A stretch of DNA of 34,972 nt from a bacterium. GTDB lineage: Bacteria; CALINM01. Below the pieces are notes generated by a model. The model was not told where the DNA came from and did no database searches. It worked only from the letters and a program-made list of their open reading frames with translations. Numbering within the stretch: position 1 is the first letter of the stretch; each line of letters starts with the position of its first letter. Positions 18,529 to 27,149 of the stretch are shown here, piece after piece. The stretch is from positions 740-35,711 of the forward strand of contig JBEQAF010000012.1 in the NCBI GenBank assembly GCA_041640455.1, written 5' to 3'. A program made the position numbers and the translations under genes.

Positions 18529-19945
18529 ACTTTTCCTTTATGTAGTCCTCTGCTGACGCTCTGTCTTTAAAAAGCCCCGCCAGCTCCTTTTCCCGAATAT
18601 CCTTTATTATTGCACCTACTCTCGGTCCTTCCTCAATATTCAGAATCCTTATAACATCTTTACCGTTAAGTATTGGTTTCTTTAAGTTCCTTTCTTTCAT
18701 ATGGTATGCAAGATAATCATTATAAAGCCCTTTGACTGCTTCCACATAGCTATCCCCATCACCATTCTTTGCCATATTGTCAGCAATAGACAGGACAAAC
18801 AAAAGCGGAGAATAGGTGCCAAAGATATGATTTATTTTTAGATACGCCTTCGGAGAAAGAACAGAATTTACCCCATTTGACTGAATTATATTTAGTAGAA
18901 AGCAATGGTATTCCACAATATTGGTAATAAGTTTAACAGATCTGGATGAAAATTTATTCTCCATCAGAAAATAGGTCAAATATTTAGCCCCTTTTTTGGC
19001 ATGTTCATAAAAGGTAATCTTATTATTAATTATATCTTTAGTCAAAATTTTTCCCACATCATGTAATAGTGCTGCCATCTTTAAAGCTGATGATATACTG
19101 AACTCCCATTCCAGCTCTTCGGTAAGTATACTTTTATCAAAATCGAGAGGGAAACCATTTTTAAGAAAATCTTCTATATTTTCGAGGGTTTTAAAACTAT
19201 GTTCAAATAGATCATATGAATGTCTCTCCCCACCATAAAAATTCCTGAAACTTTCAAAAAAGGGGAAGATCTGTTTTAATATTGAGCCTTCCATCTGCCT
19301 GAATATACTGCTGGAGTTGCTACCTCTGAGGATTTTAGAAATCTCTGCTTTTACCCTCTCCTTTGCAACCTGATTAATCAGAAATGAAAGCTCTTCTATA
19401 AATTTTTGCGTTTCGGCATCGATCTTAAACCCTAACTGACTCTGAAATCTAAAAGCCCTGAGAAGCCTTAGCGGATCTTCAGTTAGGTTTTTCCTTGAAA
19501 CAGCTTTTATCACTCCTCTTTCAATGTCAGTCTTGCCATTAAATGGATCTATGAGAAAGCATCTACCTTTTTCATATCGCAACGCTAAAGCGTTAATGGT
19601 AAAATCTCTTCTACTAAGATCTTCAAAGATATCATTCCCCTGCAGCTTTGCAACATCAAGGTAATAGTCCATACCTTTTAAAAAAACTCTATAAACCCCA
19701 AAATCTCTGTCCAGCTCCACCAGATGAGCTTTGTATCTTTTTTTCAATCTGTTTAAAAACCCTGAAATGTCTGAAACAGCTATGTCTATATCAAAATTAT
19801 AGGTTTTTCCAACAATAAAATCTCTTACAAATCCGCCTACAAAATAGTTTCCTTCTTCGGACATAATGTCATCAAAGATATAAGCGGGGATATTTGGGAG
19901 GGGCTTGTAATCAGAATTTATTATGAACTGTTCACCTGTCTGCAT
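18512..19945 (-). CDS. Class II tRNA nucleotidyltransferase with HD domain, probably CC-adding
   Basis: VGGFVRD, DIDIA, RRDFTINA, EDPLRLLRAFRF, LLHDVGK. Start uncertain. Confidence 0.85.
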   Translation of the reverse strand: MQTGEQFIINSDYKPLPNIPAYIFDDIMSEEGNYFVGGFVRDFIVGKTYNFDIDIAVSDISGFLNRLKKRYKAHLVELDRDFGVYRVFLKGMDYYLDVAKLQGNDIFEDLSRRDFTINALALRYEKGRCFLIDPFNGKTDIERGVIKAVSRKNLTEDPLRLLRAFRFQSQLGFKIDAETQKFIEELSFLINQVAKERVKAEISKILRGSNSSSIFRQMEGSILKQIFPFFESFRNFYGGERHSYDLFEHSFKTLENIEDFLKNGFPLDFDKSILTEELEWEFSISSALKMAALLHDVGKILTKDIINNKITFYEHAKKGAKYLTYFLMENKFSSRSVKLITNIVEYHCFLLNIIQSNGVNSVLSPKAYLKINHIFGTYSPLLFVLSIADNMAKNGDGDSYVEAVKGLYNDYLAYHMKERNLKKPILNGKDVIRILNIEEGPRVGAIIKDIREKELAGLFKDRASAEDYIKEKYGQKT

Positions 19946-19992
19946 AATGTTTGCTAAGGGGCTACTGGATTTATTAGGGAAGGAGTCATAGT

Positions 19993-22404
19993 CTATATTT
20001 CAATTTCCTGCTCTTTAGATAGCTCAGGATTAATTTTAATCATATCTTCAATCTTATTTTGTGCTATCTTTAAATTAAAATCAAGACTAATTGCCATCTT
20101 ATAACAGTAATAGGCTTTCTTGACATTTTTTTCTCTTTCATAAATATTACCCAGTTCAAAATAGGTGCCAGCTTTCTTTTCATCCGATATGTTATCCATA
20201 GCCAGAGCCTTTTTGTAAAACAGTGCGGCTTTTTCAAGATCTCCCTTTTCGGTAAAACAGGTGGCTATCATAATATATGAGTCATACATCTTGTCCTCAA
20301 ACTCAGAGGTAAGAAAAAATTCCCCAATGGCATCATCATATAGCCCCATCTCCTTATAGGCTATGCCAAGATTGTAATGGGTTTCCACATCCTCTTTTCC
20401 TATCTGCTGGGAAAGCTTGTTCTTAAACTCTTTAAAAAGATTTTCAAAGGTTATCCTTTCAGACTCATCTTTAAAGGGGCTCTTTATCTCCTCTTCCTTT
20501 TCCAGCTCTTTCATTATCTCAGAAGTAAGATCAAAGAAATCCTCCTTCTGCTCTTCCTTCAGTTCCTTAACAGGCTCTTCTTTAATCTCCTTCTGGTCTG
20601 CCTGCTCAATCTCCTTACTTCTCATTAGCTTGATCTTCTGAAGTATCTCGCTGGCTCTAACATTTTCCTTATCAATACTTAGTATCTCATTACAGAGTCT
20701 TTCTGCCTCATCCATATCATTGTTGCTCAATCGGTATTCAAGCTCAAGCATAAGGTCATCAAGATTGGGATGGAGGCTTTCTATCTCTATCTCCTCTATC
20801 TCTTCAATAAGCTCTGGTTCTTCAAGAGTTTCTATGGCTTCGCTTGCCTCCCCTAATTTATCTAAGCTTTCGAGTTTTTTATTAACCTCCTCAATCTTCT
20901 GGCTGTAGAACTTTACCTTATCATCATTTTCGAGGGATCCATAAATGCTTACAAGCTCTCCATAAACCATTTTGAGTGCTGGATAGTCTTTTGTCTTATC
21001 AAAGTATTCTGCCCATTTTTCTTTTACTAGGGGGCTATCCGGGAATCTGCCTTTTAGCTCATCCAGCTTCTGTTTTGCATTTGAAAGAAGCCCATATTTT
21101 AAAAGAAAACTAACCTCATCAACCTCTTTCTGAACATCTCTGTCTTCTTTAAAGATATCTTCTGTAATCCTTTCGGCTCTCTCTTCTCTGGTAGTAGCTG
21201 GGGGTGCGGTAGGTGAAATAGGCGTTATCTCAATATTTTTTTGCTTTTTTTCCTCAAAATATTTAACAGCCGATTCCTCATAGGGATCCAGATCAATTAT
21301 CTCTCTAAAAACCTTTTCTGCATCTTCTTCTCTACCTTTTTTCAGATAAAGCTTTGCAGTTCTTTTCAAATATTCAATAAGCATCTGCTGATTATTTACT
21401 AATCTTGAAAGATCCAGATATAGTTTCAGTATCTTCTCTTCCTCCGCCAGATAGGGGAAGTAGTTATCTAAAATAGATTTTATTTCATCGTATCTTTTTT
21501 CAACCTTTAGATTGTTATATATCTCCTCAAGAACCACTATTAACGATACAAAATCCTTTTCCCTCGAGAATATTTTTGCCATCCCCTTCTGGGCTTCTAT
21601 ATGATTGGATTTGATCTTCAAAGCATTCTCGAAACAGATTTTTGCCAGATTGACGTTCCCCAGATTAAAATAACAGTGCCCCTTTATGGCATAAAGGTTT
21701 GCATCTCTGGGATTTTGTTTTAAAACACTGTCTATCTTCTGTATGGCATCATTATATTTTCCTGATTCATAGAGAGAATTAATTATCTTTACGCTAAGCT
21801 CTTTGTCTTCCTGAATTATGCCAGGAAAGTGAGACATCAGTCTCTCTACATCTTCCATTCTCCCCTTGCTTTTCAGATAGTCTATGCTCTGTTCAAGCTT
21901 CTCGGCGGCTCTTGAAGCAAGACCCTGTTTTAGATAAAACTCTACAATCTTTCCCCTATAAAAAATGTTTTCTGGGTCATAGGATATTATCTTTTCCCAG
22001 GTTGCTATGGCTTCTTGAAGATTTTTCTGTTTTTCATAAATCTCAGCCAGAGCTCTTAGCTGAGATATGGCATCCACATTAAGCCCCTGCTTCTTGTAAA
22101 GTTCAGCGAGCTTTTCATAAATATCAAGTTTCTGCGGATCTGTTCTTAATATCTGCCTGTAGATTGCTATTGCTTTTAAGTAAAATCCATCTTTTATATA
22201 AATATCAGCAACATTAAGATACTGATTTATTGCCTCATTTTTTTTGCCTTTTCTTAGATAGAGATCACCAAGCTTCTGTCTGATCTTATAGTCTTTCGGA
22301 TCAATACGCAGAACCCTCTCGTATTCTTCGATAGCTTTATCTATCTGTCCCTTTTGGATATACTTCTGTATATCCTCTAATACCTTTGTCTTATTAAAGC
22401 TCAT
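19993..22404 (-). CDS. Large TPR protein, SgmX-like
   Basis: Many N-terminal TPRs, an acidic linker, and C-terminal TPRs beginning DVETHYNLGIAYKEMGL; downstream of roadblock-efp-gcvH. Confidence 0.75.
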   Translation of the reverse strand: MSFNKTKVLEDIQKYIQKGQIDKAIEEYERVLRIDPKDYKIRQKLGDLYLRKGKKNEAINQYLNVADIYIKDGFYLKAIAIYRQILRTDPQKLDIYEKLAELYKKQGLNVDAISQLRALAEIYEKQKNLQEAIATWEKIISYDPENIFYRGKIVEFYLKQGLASRAAEKLEQSIDYLKSKGRMEDVERLMSHFPGIIQEDKELSVKIINSLYESGKYNDAIQKIDSVLKQNPRDANLYAIKGHCYFNLGNVNLAKICFENALKIKSNHIEAQKGMAKIFSREKDFVSLIVVLEEIYNNLKVEKRYDEIKSILDNYFPYLAEEEKILKLYLDLSRLVNNQQMLIEYLKRTAKLYLKKGREEDAEKVFREIIDLDPYEESAVKYFEEKKQKNIEITPISPTAPPATTREERAERITEDIFKEDRDVQKEVDEVSFLLKYGLLSNAKQKLDELKGRFPDSPLVKEKWAEYFDKTKDYPALKMVYGELVSIYGSLENDDKVKFYSQKIEEVNKKLESLDKLGEASEAIETLEEPELIEEIEEIEIESLHPNLDDLMLELEYRLSNNDMDEAERLCNEILSIDKENVRASEILQKIKLMRSKEIEQADQKEIKEEPVKELKEEQKEDFFDLTSEIMKELEKEEEIKSPFKDESERITFENLFKEFKNKLSQQIGKEDVETHYNLGIAYKEMGLYDDAIGEFFLTSEFEDKMYDSYIMIATCFTEKGDLEKAALFYKKALAMDNISDEKKAGTYFELGNIYEREKNVKKAYYCYKMAISLDFNLKIAQNKIEDMIKINPELSKEQEIEI

Positions 22405-22405
22405 T

Positions 22406-22780
22406 TTATCCGACTATGTTCTCATACTCCTCTGCTTCAAGAAGCTCTTCCAGCTCTTCAGGGTCGTACATCTCAATCTCAATAAGCCAGCCTTCACCAT
22501 AGGGATCTTCGGTAACGATCTGATTGTCTTCCAAGATACTATTATTAATTCTTACCACTTCACCGCTCAATGGGGCAATGAGATCTAACATCTTATCCTC
22601 CGTATCAATCCCACCAAACACCTCATCCTTATCAATGTCTTCTCCTTTTTTGGGCAGGGCTATGTTTACCACCTCATCACTATCTCCCAAAAAATACTCG
22701 GTTATACCTATCTTTGCTCTATCACCTTTAATATAAACCCAGATATTATCTTTGGTATATTTCAACGCCTGTGGCAGCAT
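22406..22780 (-). CDS. gcvH: Glycine cleavage H-like protein (divergent lipoylation site)
   Basis: KYTK..W, IGIT, APLSGEVVRIN, DPYGEGWL. Confidence 0.8.
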   Translation of the reverse strand: MLPQALKYTKDNIWVYIKGDRAKIGITEYFLGDSDEVVNIALPKKGEDIDKDEVFGGIDTEDKMLDLIAPLSGEVVRINNSILEDNQIVTEDPYGEGWLIEIEMYDPEELEELLEAEEYENIVG

Positions 22781-22788
22781 ATATCCTC

Positions 22789-23349
22789 CTATTTAACACG
22801 CTCTATATAAGTACCAGTTCTTGTATCAATTTTTATCACATCACCCTCGTTGACAAATAGCGGAACAGTAACTGTGGCGCCAGTCTCGACCTTTGCTGGC
22901 TTACCTCCACCGCTTACCGTATCACCCTTAATTCCCGGCACTGTTTCGACAACCTTAAGCTCCACAAAAGTAGGTATCTCCACTCCGATTACCTTTCCCT
23001 GAAAAAAATTAACTGACACATTCATATTTTCAATAAGCCAGTTGGTTGCATCGCCCATAAGATCAGTGGCGACTGTAATCTGCTCATAGTTCTCGTTATC
23101 CATAAATACATATCCTTCTTCAGAGGAATATAAATACTGCATGTTTCTGCTCTCAAGCTCTGGCTTTTCAACTTTTTCACCTGATCTAAAGGTATTCTCC
23201 ATCACATAGCCGGTTTTTAAATTTTTCATTTTGGTTCTCACAATGGCTCCGCCTCTTCCCATCTTAACATGCTGAAAATCGATAATCTCGTAAGGATCGC
23301 CATTAAAAACAATCTTTAATCCCTTTTTAAAATCTGCCGTTGAGTACAT
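22789..23349 (-). CDS. efp: Translation elongation factor P
   Basis: FQHVKMGRGGAIVRTK, YLY, GDT, VPLFV, IDTRTGTY. Confidence 0.97.
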   Translation of the reverse strand: MYSTADFKKGLKIVFNGDPYEIIDFQHVKMGRGGAIVRTKMKNLKTGYVMENTFRSGEKVEKPELESRNMQYLYSSEEGYVFMDNENYEQITVATDLMGDATNWLIENMNVSVNFFQGKVIGVEIPTFVELKVVETVPGIKGDTVSGGGKPAKVETGATVTVPLFVNEGDVIKIDTRTGTYIERVK

Positions 23350-23373
23350 ATATTACCTCCATAAAATATAATA

Positions 23374-24405
23374 TTATAATATTTCACAACTTTTTTTTGT
23401 AACCAAAATCATCTCTTCGTATCTGACACCCCCAATGCCTTCAAAATACAAGCCCGGTTCAAGAGTAACCACCATCCCCTCTTTAAAAATCCCTTCTGTT
23501 TTATAACTCAAAGTAGGGTATTCGTGAACAGAAAGACCTATACCATGCCCTGATGAATGAAGAAAATTATTCAGTAAGCCTTCTTTTTCAAACACATCTC
23601 TCACAGCAATATCTGCCAGTTTTATCTCCCTGCCATCTGATATCTGCCCCAAGCCTGCCTTAAATGCCTTTTTTACTATCCTCAAGTAACGTTCCATCAA
23701 AGGGTTATCAAAAATTAATGTTCTGGTATTATCTGTGCAGTAGTTTTTATATTTTAACCCAAAATCTATAATAACACTGTCTTTTTTTCCTATAATTCTG
23801 TTTGAAGGCTGACCGTGGGGGAGTGATGAGTTTTCTCCAGCTAAAACCAGTGTATCAAAGCTAATATTATCACCAAACTTTTTAAGCCTGTATTCAAGCT
23901 CATTTACGCACTCTCTTTCTTTCATCCCGAGAATTTTTACCTGCCTCTTAAAAAGTGTGAATGCCTTTTTCGAAAGCAAAGCGCCCTCTGCTATAATTTT
24001 AAGCTCCTGGTGATCTTTGACTGCTCTAAGATTTTTTATCCATTCGCCTGCACCGTCAACCAGATTAACTGTCTCCAGTTTCTTACTTATTCTTTCGTAT
24101 AATCTGTAACTCAAAGACTCGCCGTCAAAATAACATCTTTTAACCTTAAGAAGATCCAGTATCTTTTTAATATCTTCAATGAAATCGGTGAGCAGAAAAA
24201 TCTCATCTGACACAGCCTCTTTTCGAGCTTTTTCAAAATACCTGCCATCTACAAGAAGTATGCTTTTTTTCTTTGATATGATAAGAAAACCTAAAGAGCC
24301 GCTAAAACCGCTTAGATAAAAAACTGCTTCTCTACTATTTACAAGAATAGCTTCATCGGAAGATAATTTTTTTTTTATCCTTTGTTCTCGGTCTTTAAAA
24401 TTCAT
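23374..24405 (-). CDS. Xaa-Pro aminopeptidase/dipeptidase (M24B)
   Basis: DGRY, PHG, IDFG..Y.TDNTRT, HSSGHGIGLSVHE, TLEPG, VRYEE. Confidence 0.92.
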   Translation of the reverse strand: MNFKDREQRIKKKLSSDEAILVNSREAVFYLSGFSGSLGFLIISKKKSILLVDGRYFEKARKEAVSDEIFLLTDFIEDIKKILDLLKVKRCYFDGESLSYRLYERISKKLETVNLVDGAGEWIKNLRAVKDHQELKIIAEGALLSKKAFTLFKRQVKILGMKERECVNELEYRLKKFGDNISFDTLVLAGENSSLPHGQPSNRIIGKKDSVIIDFGLKYKNYCTDNTRTLIFDNPLMERYLRIVKKAFKAGLGQISDGREIKLADIAVRDVFEKEGLLNNFLHSSGHGIGLSVHEYPTLSYKTEGIFKEGMVVTLEPGLYFEGIGGVRYEEMILVTKKSCEIL

Positions 24406-24406
24406 T

Positions 24407-24853
24407 TTAAGATTTAACTTTTTTTAAATGCCCAGCAAGAGCGTTAAGAGCCAGAATATAACTATCTTCTTTAAATCCTGTTATAACACCCAGCGCAATA
24501 TCGCTTAAAAAAGATTTCTGCCTGAAATCTTCCCTGCTGAATATATTGGAAAGATGCACCTCTACAAAGGGTTTATTAAAAATAATAAGGGCATCTCTTA
24601 TAGCGATGCTGGTATGTGTGTAAGCACCAGCATTGATAATTATGCCGTCCACATTCTCATCCAGAGCCTGATGAATGGCATTTACTATCTCACCTTCCAC
24701 ATTACTCTGAAAAAAGCTAATGCTGACCTTAAGCTTCTTTGCCTCACGGCTAAGAAGACTGTTTATCTCTTCAAGAGTCTTTCCGCCATAATAACTCTTC
24801 TCCCTTTTAGAAAGCATATTCAGATTTGGACCGTTGATAACCAAAAGCTTCAT
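24407..24853 (-). CDS. aroQ: Type II 3-dehydroquinate dehydratase
   Basis: NGPNLN, QSNVEG, INAGAYTHTSIAIRDA, EVHLSN. Confidence 0.97.
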   Translation of the reverse strand: MKLLVINGPNLNMLSKREKSYYGGKTLEEINSLLSREAKKLKVSISFFQSNVEGEIVNAIHQALDENVDGIIINAGAYTHTSIAIRDALIIFNKPFVEVHLSNIFSREDFRQKSFLSDIALGVITGFKEDSYILALNALAGHLKKVKS

Positions 24854-25209
24854 TTAAACTCTTCCTCAAGTTTTTCTGAAACGAGTTTTGCCAAATATTT
24901 TGCCTTGCCAATATTGCCTTCAGTCTGGGTAATAAGTATCAGATAATAATCTCTTGTAATAAGTCTGATGACAATTATACTGCTGGCTGTTGATATGAGC
25001 ACCTCTTCAAGCTTTCCAAGATTTAATATATCGGTAACCTTTAAAATCTGTTTCATAGCCGTCACATATTCAATGGCAAGCTCATGAGCTCTGGATCTCT
25101 CATTCTTGGTTCTGTCGGCTATAACTATACCATCTTTATCAATTATCAGCGCGGCAGAAACAGAAGCTTCCCTGTTAAGTATCTCTTCGATTCTTCTTTC
25201 AAGCTCCAT
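24850..25209 (-). CDS. Roadblock/LC7 domain protein (MglC-like)
   Basis: IIDKDGIVIA, LGKLEE, GNIGKAKY; ATGA overlap with aroQ. Confidence 0.75.
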   Translation of the reverse strand: MELERRIEEILNREASVSAALIIDKDGIVIADRTKNERSRAHELAIEYVTAMKQILKVTDILNLGKLEEVLISTASSIIVIRLITRDYYLILITQTEGNIGKAKYLAKLVSEKLEEEFK

Positions 25210-25220
25210 AGATTAATAAA

Positions 25221-25249
25221 AGGTTAAATTATAATTATCTGCAAGTCAA
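25221..25249 (-). promoter_or_regulatory. Putative sigma70 promoter heading the long minus-strand run
   Basis: TTGACT-N17-TAACCT, 11 nt before the roadblock ATG. Confidence 0.4.
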
Positions 25250-25266
25250 GGATATTATAAACCCTG

Positions 25267-25504
25267 TGTGGTTACAATTTTAAAATGTCACATGATTTTA
25301 CTAAAATAAAGTGTCACATGTGGTATTCTTCTACTTTTAGATACATTGCATCCGAGTAGATTCTAAGTATGAGAATTAATACAGAGTAACTGAGAGAAAG
25401 TAAAAAATCCACACCACCAGCTAATCACCCATGGAGAAAAAGCTGGAAAAAGAATGCGACATTTTCTCATAGTAATAAAATGTGACTTGACTGTAGTAAT
25501 AACA
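25267..25504 (+). mobile_element. Internally deleted IS1202-family (ISNCY)-like miniature element or remnant
   Basis: Ends TGT...ACA; each end has two ~26-bp subterminal repeats (TTAC.A...AA(T)GTCRCAT) in inverted orientation; internal transposase-like tail PPANHPWR. Confidence 0.65.
25390..25485 (+). pseudogene. C-terminal fragment of an IS1202-like transposase
   Basis: Frame reads LRESKKSTPPANHPWRKSWKKNATFSHSNKM*, preceded in frame by MRINTE* (ATG 25369). Confidence 0.55.
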
Positions 25505-25531
25505 TAAATGGGATGCTATAAAACTATCTTC

Positions 25532-25819
25532 CTAATAGCCCACCTTTGAGCTAATTTTGCTAAAGGTTTTTTCACCTAATAGCTTTTTTAGAGATCGGGG
25601 TGTAAGAATCTCTTTCTCCCTTGCTTTTATAATCTTTTCTGCTTTTTTTTCACCTATGAATGGTAGTCTTTGTATTATTTCTGAGCTGTCCTCATTGAGA
25701 TTAATACGCATATCTGTGATTTTTTCTTCGTCACCAATAGGTGCTGTCTTTTTCGACATAAAATATAATGCAACAATTATAATTAACAAAAAAATTAGTA
25801 TGTTTCTCTTTTCTTCCAT
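25532..25819 (-). CDS. Small ComEA-like helix-hairpin-helix membrane protein
   Basis: N-terminal TM, then RINLNED....IQRLPFIGEKKAEKII. Confidence 0.75.
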   Translation of the reverse strand: MEEKRNILIFLLIIIVALYFMSKKTAPIGDEEKITDMRINLNEDSSEIIQRLPFIGEKKAEKIIKAREKEILTPRSLKKLLGEKTFSKISSKVGY

Positions 25820-25820
25820 T

Positions 25821-27149
25821 TTAATTACTTTTGGCTGTAATCTTTTTCTTTAATGAGGGCGGGACTCTGGCTTTTATCTTAAAACCTTCTTCAAGATACT
25901 CTAATTTTTCAATCACTCCAAACTTCTTTATCTCTGAAATTAAAGCCGATTGTGAAAAATCATAATAACCTTCAATATAAACAAAATCCTGTTCAAAAAA
26001 GGCTCTTACCTCTCTTATAAGCTCATTTAGACCCAATCGAGCTCTGGCTGAGATAAAAACCTTTGATATCTCTGGAAAGCTTTCCAGCCTGATATATTTA
26101 ATCTCTTCTTCCGATAGCCTGTCAATTTTATTGAAAGCAAGAATTATAGGTATATTTACATCCATATCCTTAAGAATAAGGTTAACCTGGCGGTACTGAT
26201 CCTCCCAGTTTTTATGACTAATATCTACAAGATGTATTAGAAGATCTGCCTCAATCAGCTCCTCCAGTGTGGATTTAAATGCCTCCACAAGCATCACAGG
26301 TAACCTTTTTATAAACCCTACCGTGTCGGTAAAAAGTATCTCCCGTCCTTCGGGGAATCTTAGCTTTCTTGTGGTCGGATCAAGGGTAGCAAACAGCTTA
26401 TCCTCAGAAAGTACCTCTGACTCTGTAATAGCATTTAGCAGTGTGGATTTACCTGCATTGGTATATCCAACTATGGCAACTACAGGTATCTCTCTTTTCT
26501 GTCTCAATATACGTCTTGATTTTCTTACCTTTTCCACTTTTTCCAGCTTATTTTTTAAAACACTTATACGATCTCTGATTTTTCTTCTGTCAACTTCAAG
26601 TTTTGTCTCTCCAGGACCTCTGGTACCTATTCCTCCTCCCAGTCTCGACAGAACAAATCCTTTCCCTTTCAGTCTCGGCAGCATATAGGTAAGCTGTGCA
26701 AGTTCAACCTGTAGCTTGCCTTCAAGAGATCTGGCTCTGGTAGCAAAGATATCTAAAATTAAAGCTGTTCTATCAACGAGCTTTTTTTCAAACAGATCTT
26801 CAAGATTTTTCTGCTGGGTAGGAGTAAGCTCTGCATCTATGATAATAAGATCACAGTCTGATACCTTTTCCTTAATTTCATATGCCTTGCCTTTTCCTAT
26901 TAGCAGCGCAGAATTATACTCCCTGAGCTGGACAAGCTCATTTCCATAAACCACTGCACCAGCTGTTTCTGTCAGTCTCGCAAGCTCATCCAGAGAGCTT
27001 TGAGAAGATTCAAGACTTTCCCTCGGGTTTCTTATTCCTATTAGAAATGCATTTTCAAGATTTTTTAATGACTTCACGCTCGATGGTTTTTGATTCCTTT
27101 GCCTCATTAACCTGATCTGTTTTATTCCATTCTTTCCTGCTGGATTCAC
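25821..27149 (-). CDS. hflX: GTPase HflX
   Basis: GIGTRGPGETKLEVDRR, GYTNAGKSTL, LFATLDPT, DTVGF, NKID. True start may be downstream of 27149. Confidence 0.95.
   Translation of the reverse strand: MNPAGKNGIKQIRLMRQRNQKPSSVKSLKNLENAFLIGIRNPRESLESSQSSLDELARLTETAGAVVYGNELVQLREYNSALLIGKGKAYEIKEKVSDCDLIIIDAELTPTQQKNLEDLFEKKLVDRTALILDIFATRARSLEGKLQVELAQLTYMLPRLKGKGFVLSRLGGGIGTRGPGETKLEVDRRKIRDRISVLKNKLEKVEKVRKSRRILRQKREIPVVAIVGYTNAGKSTLLNAITESEVLSEDKLFATLDPTTRKLRFPEGREILFTDTVGFIKRLPVMLVEAFKSTLEELIEADLLIHLVDISHKNWEDQYRQVNLILKDMDVNIPIILAFNKIDRLSEEEIKYIRLESFPEISKVFISARARLGLNELIREVRAFFEQDFVYIEGYYDFSQSALISEIKKFGVIEKLEYLEEGFKIKARVPPSLKKKITAKSN

Noticed and set aside
20779..20833. Repetitive TCTATC/CTC tract
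   Set aside because: It encodes the acidic EEIEEIEIE linker of the TPR protein; not an independent repeat.
25201..25229. GTTAAAT-containing dif-like stretch at the roadblock start
   Set aside because: Lacks the inner TTAT, has wrong spacing and overlaps a start codon.
25267..25319. Tandem TGTCACAT repeats as a CRISPR array or CRP sites
   Set aside because: Only two units with no spacers, inverted copies ~150 bp away and no cas genes; IS ends explain them better.
25369..25389. MRINTE* micro-ORF
   Set aside because: No SD; more likely debris of the deleted transposase.
25494..25525. TAACATAA resembles the XerD arm of a dif site beside the IS-like element
   Set aside because: No XerC-like TTAT arm at 6-bp spacing, and part of the match is the element's own ACA end.
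27055..27149. 95-bp hfq/hflX overlap as a special feature
   Set aside because: It depends on the most upstream hflX start; a later start (e.g. GTG 27077) makes it ordinary.
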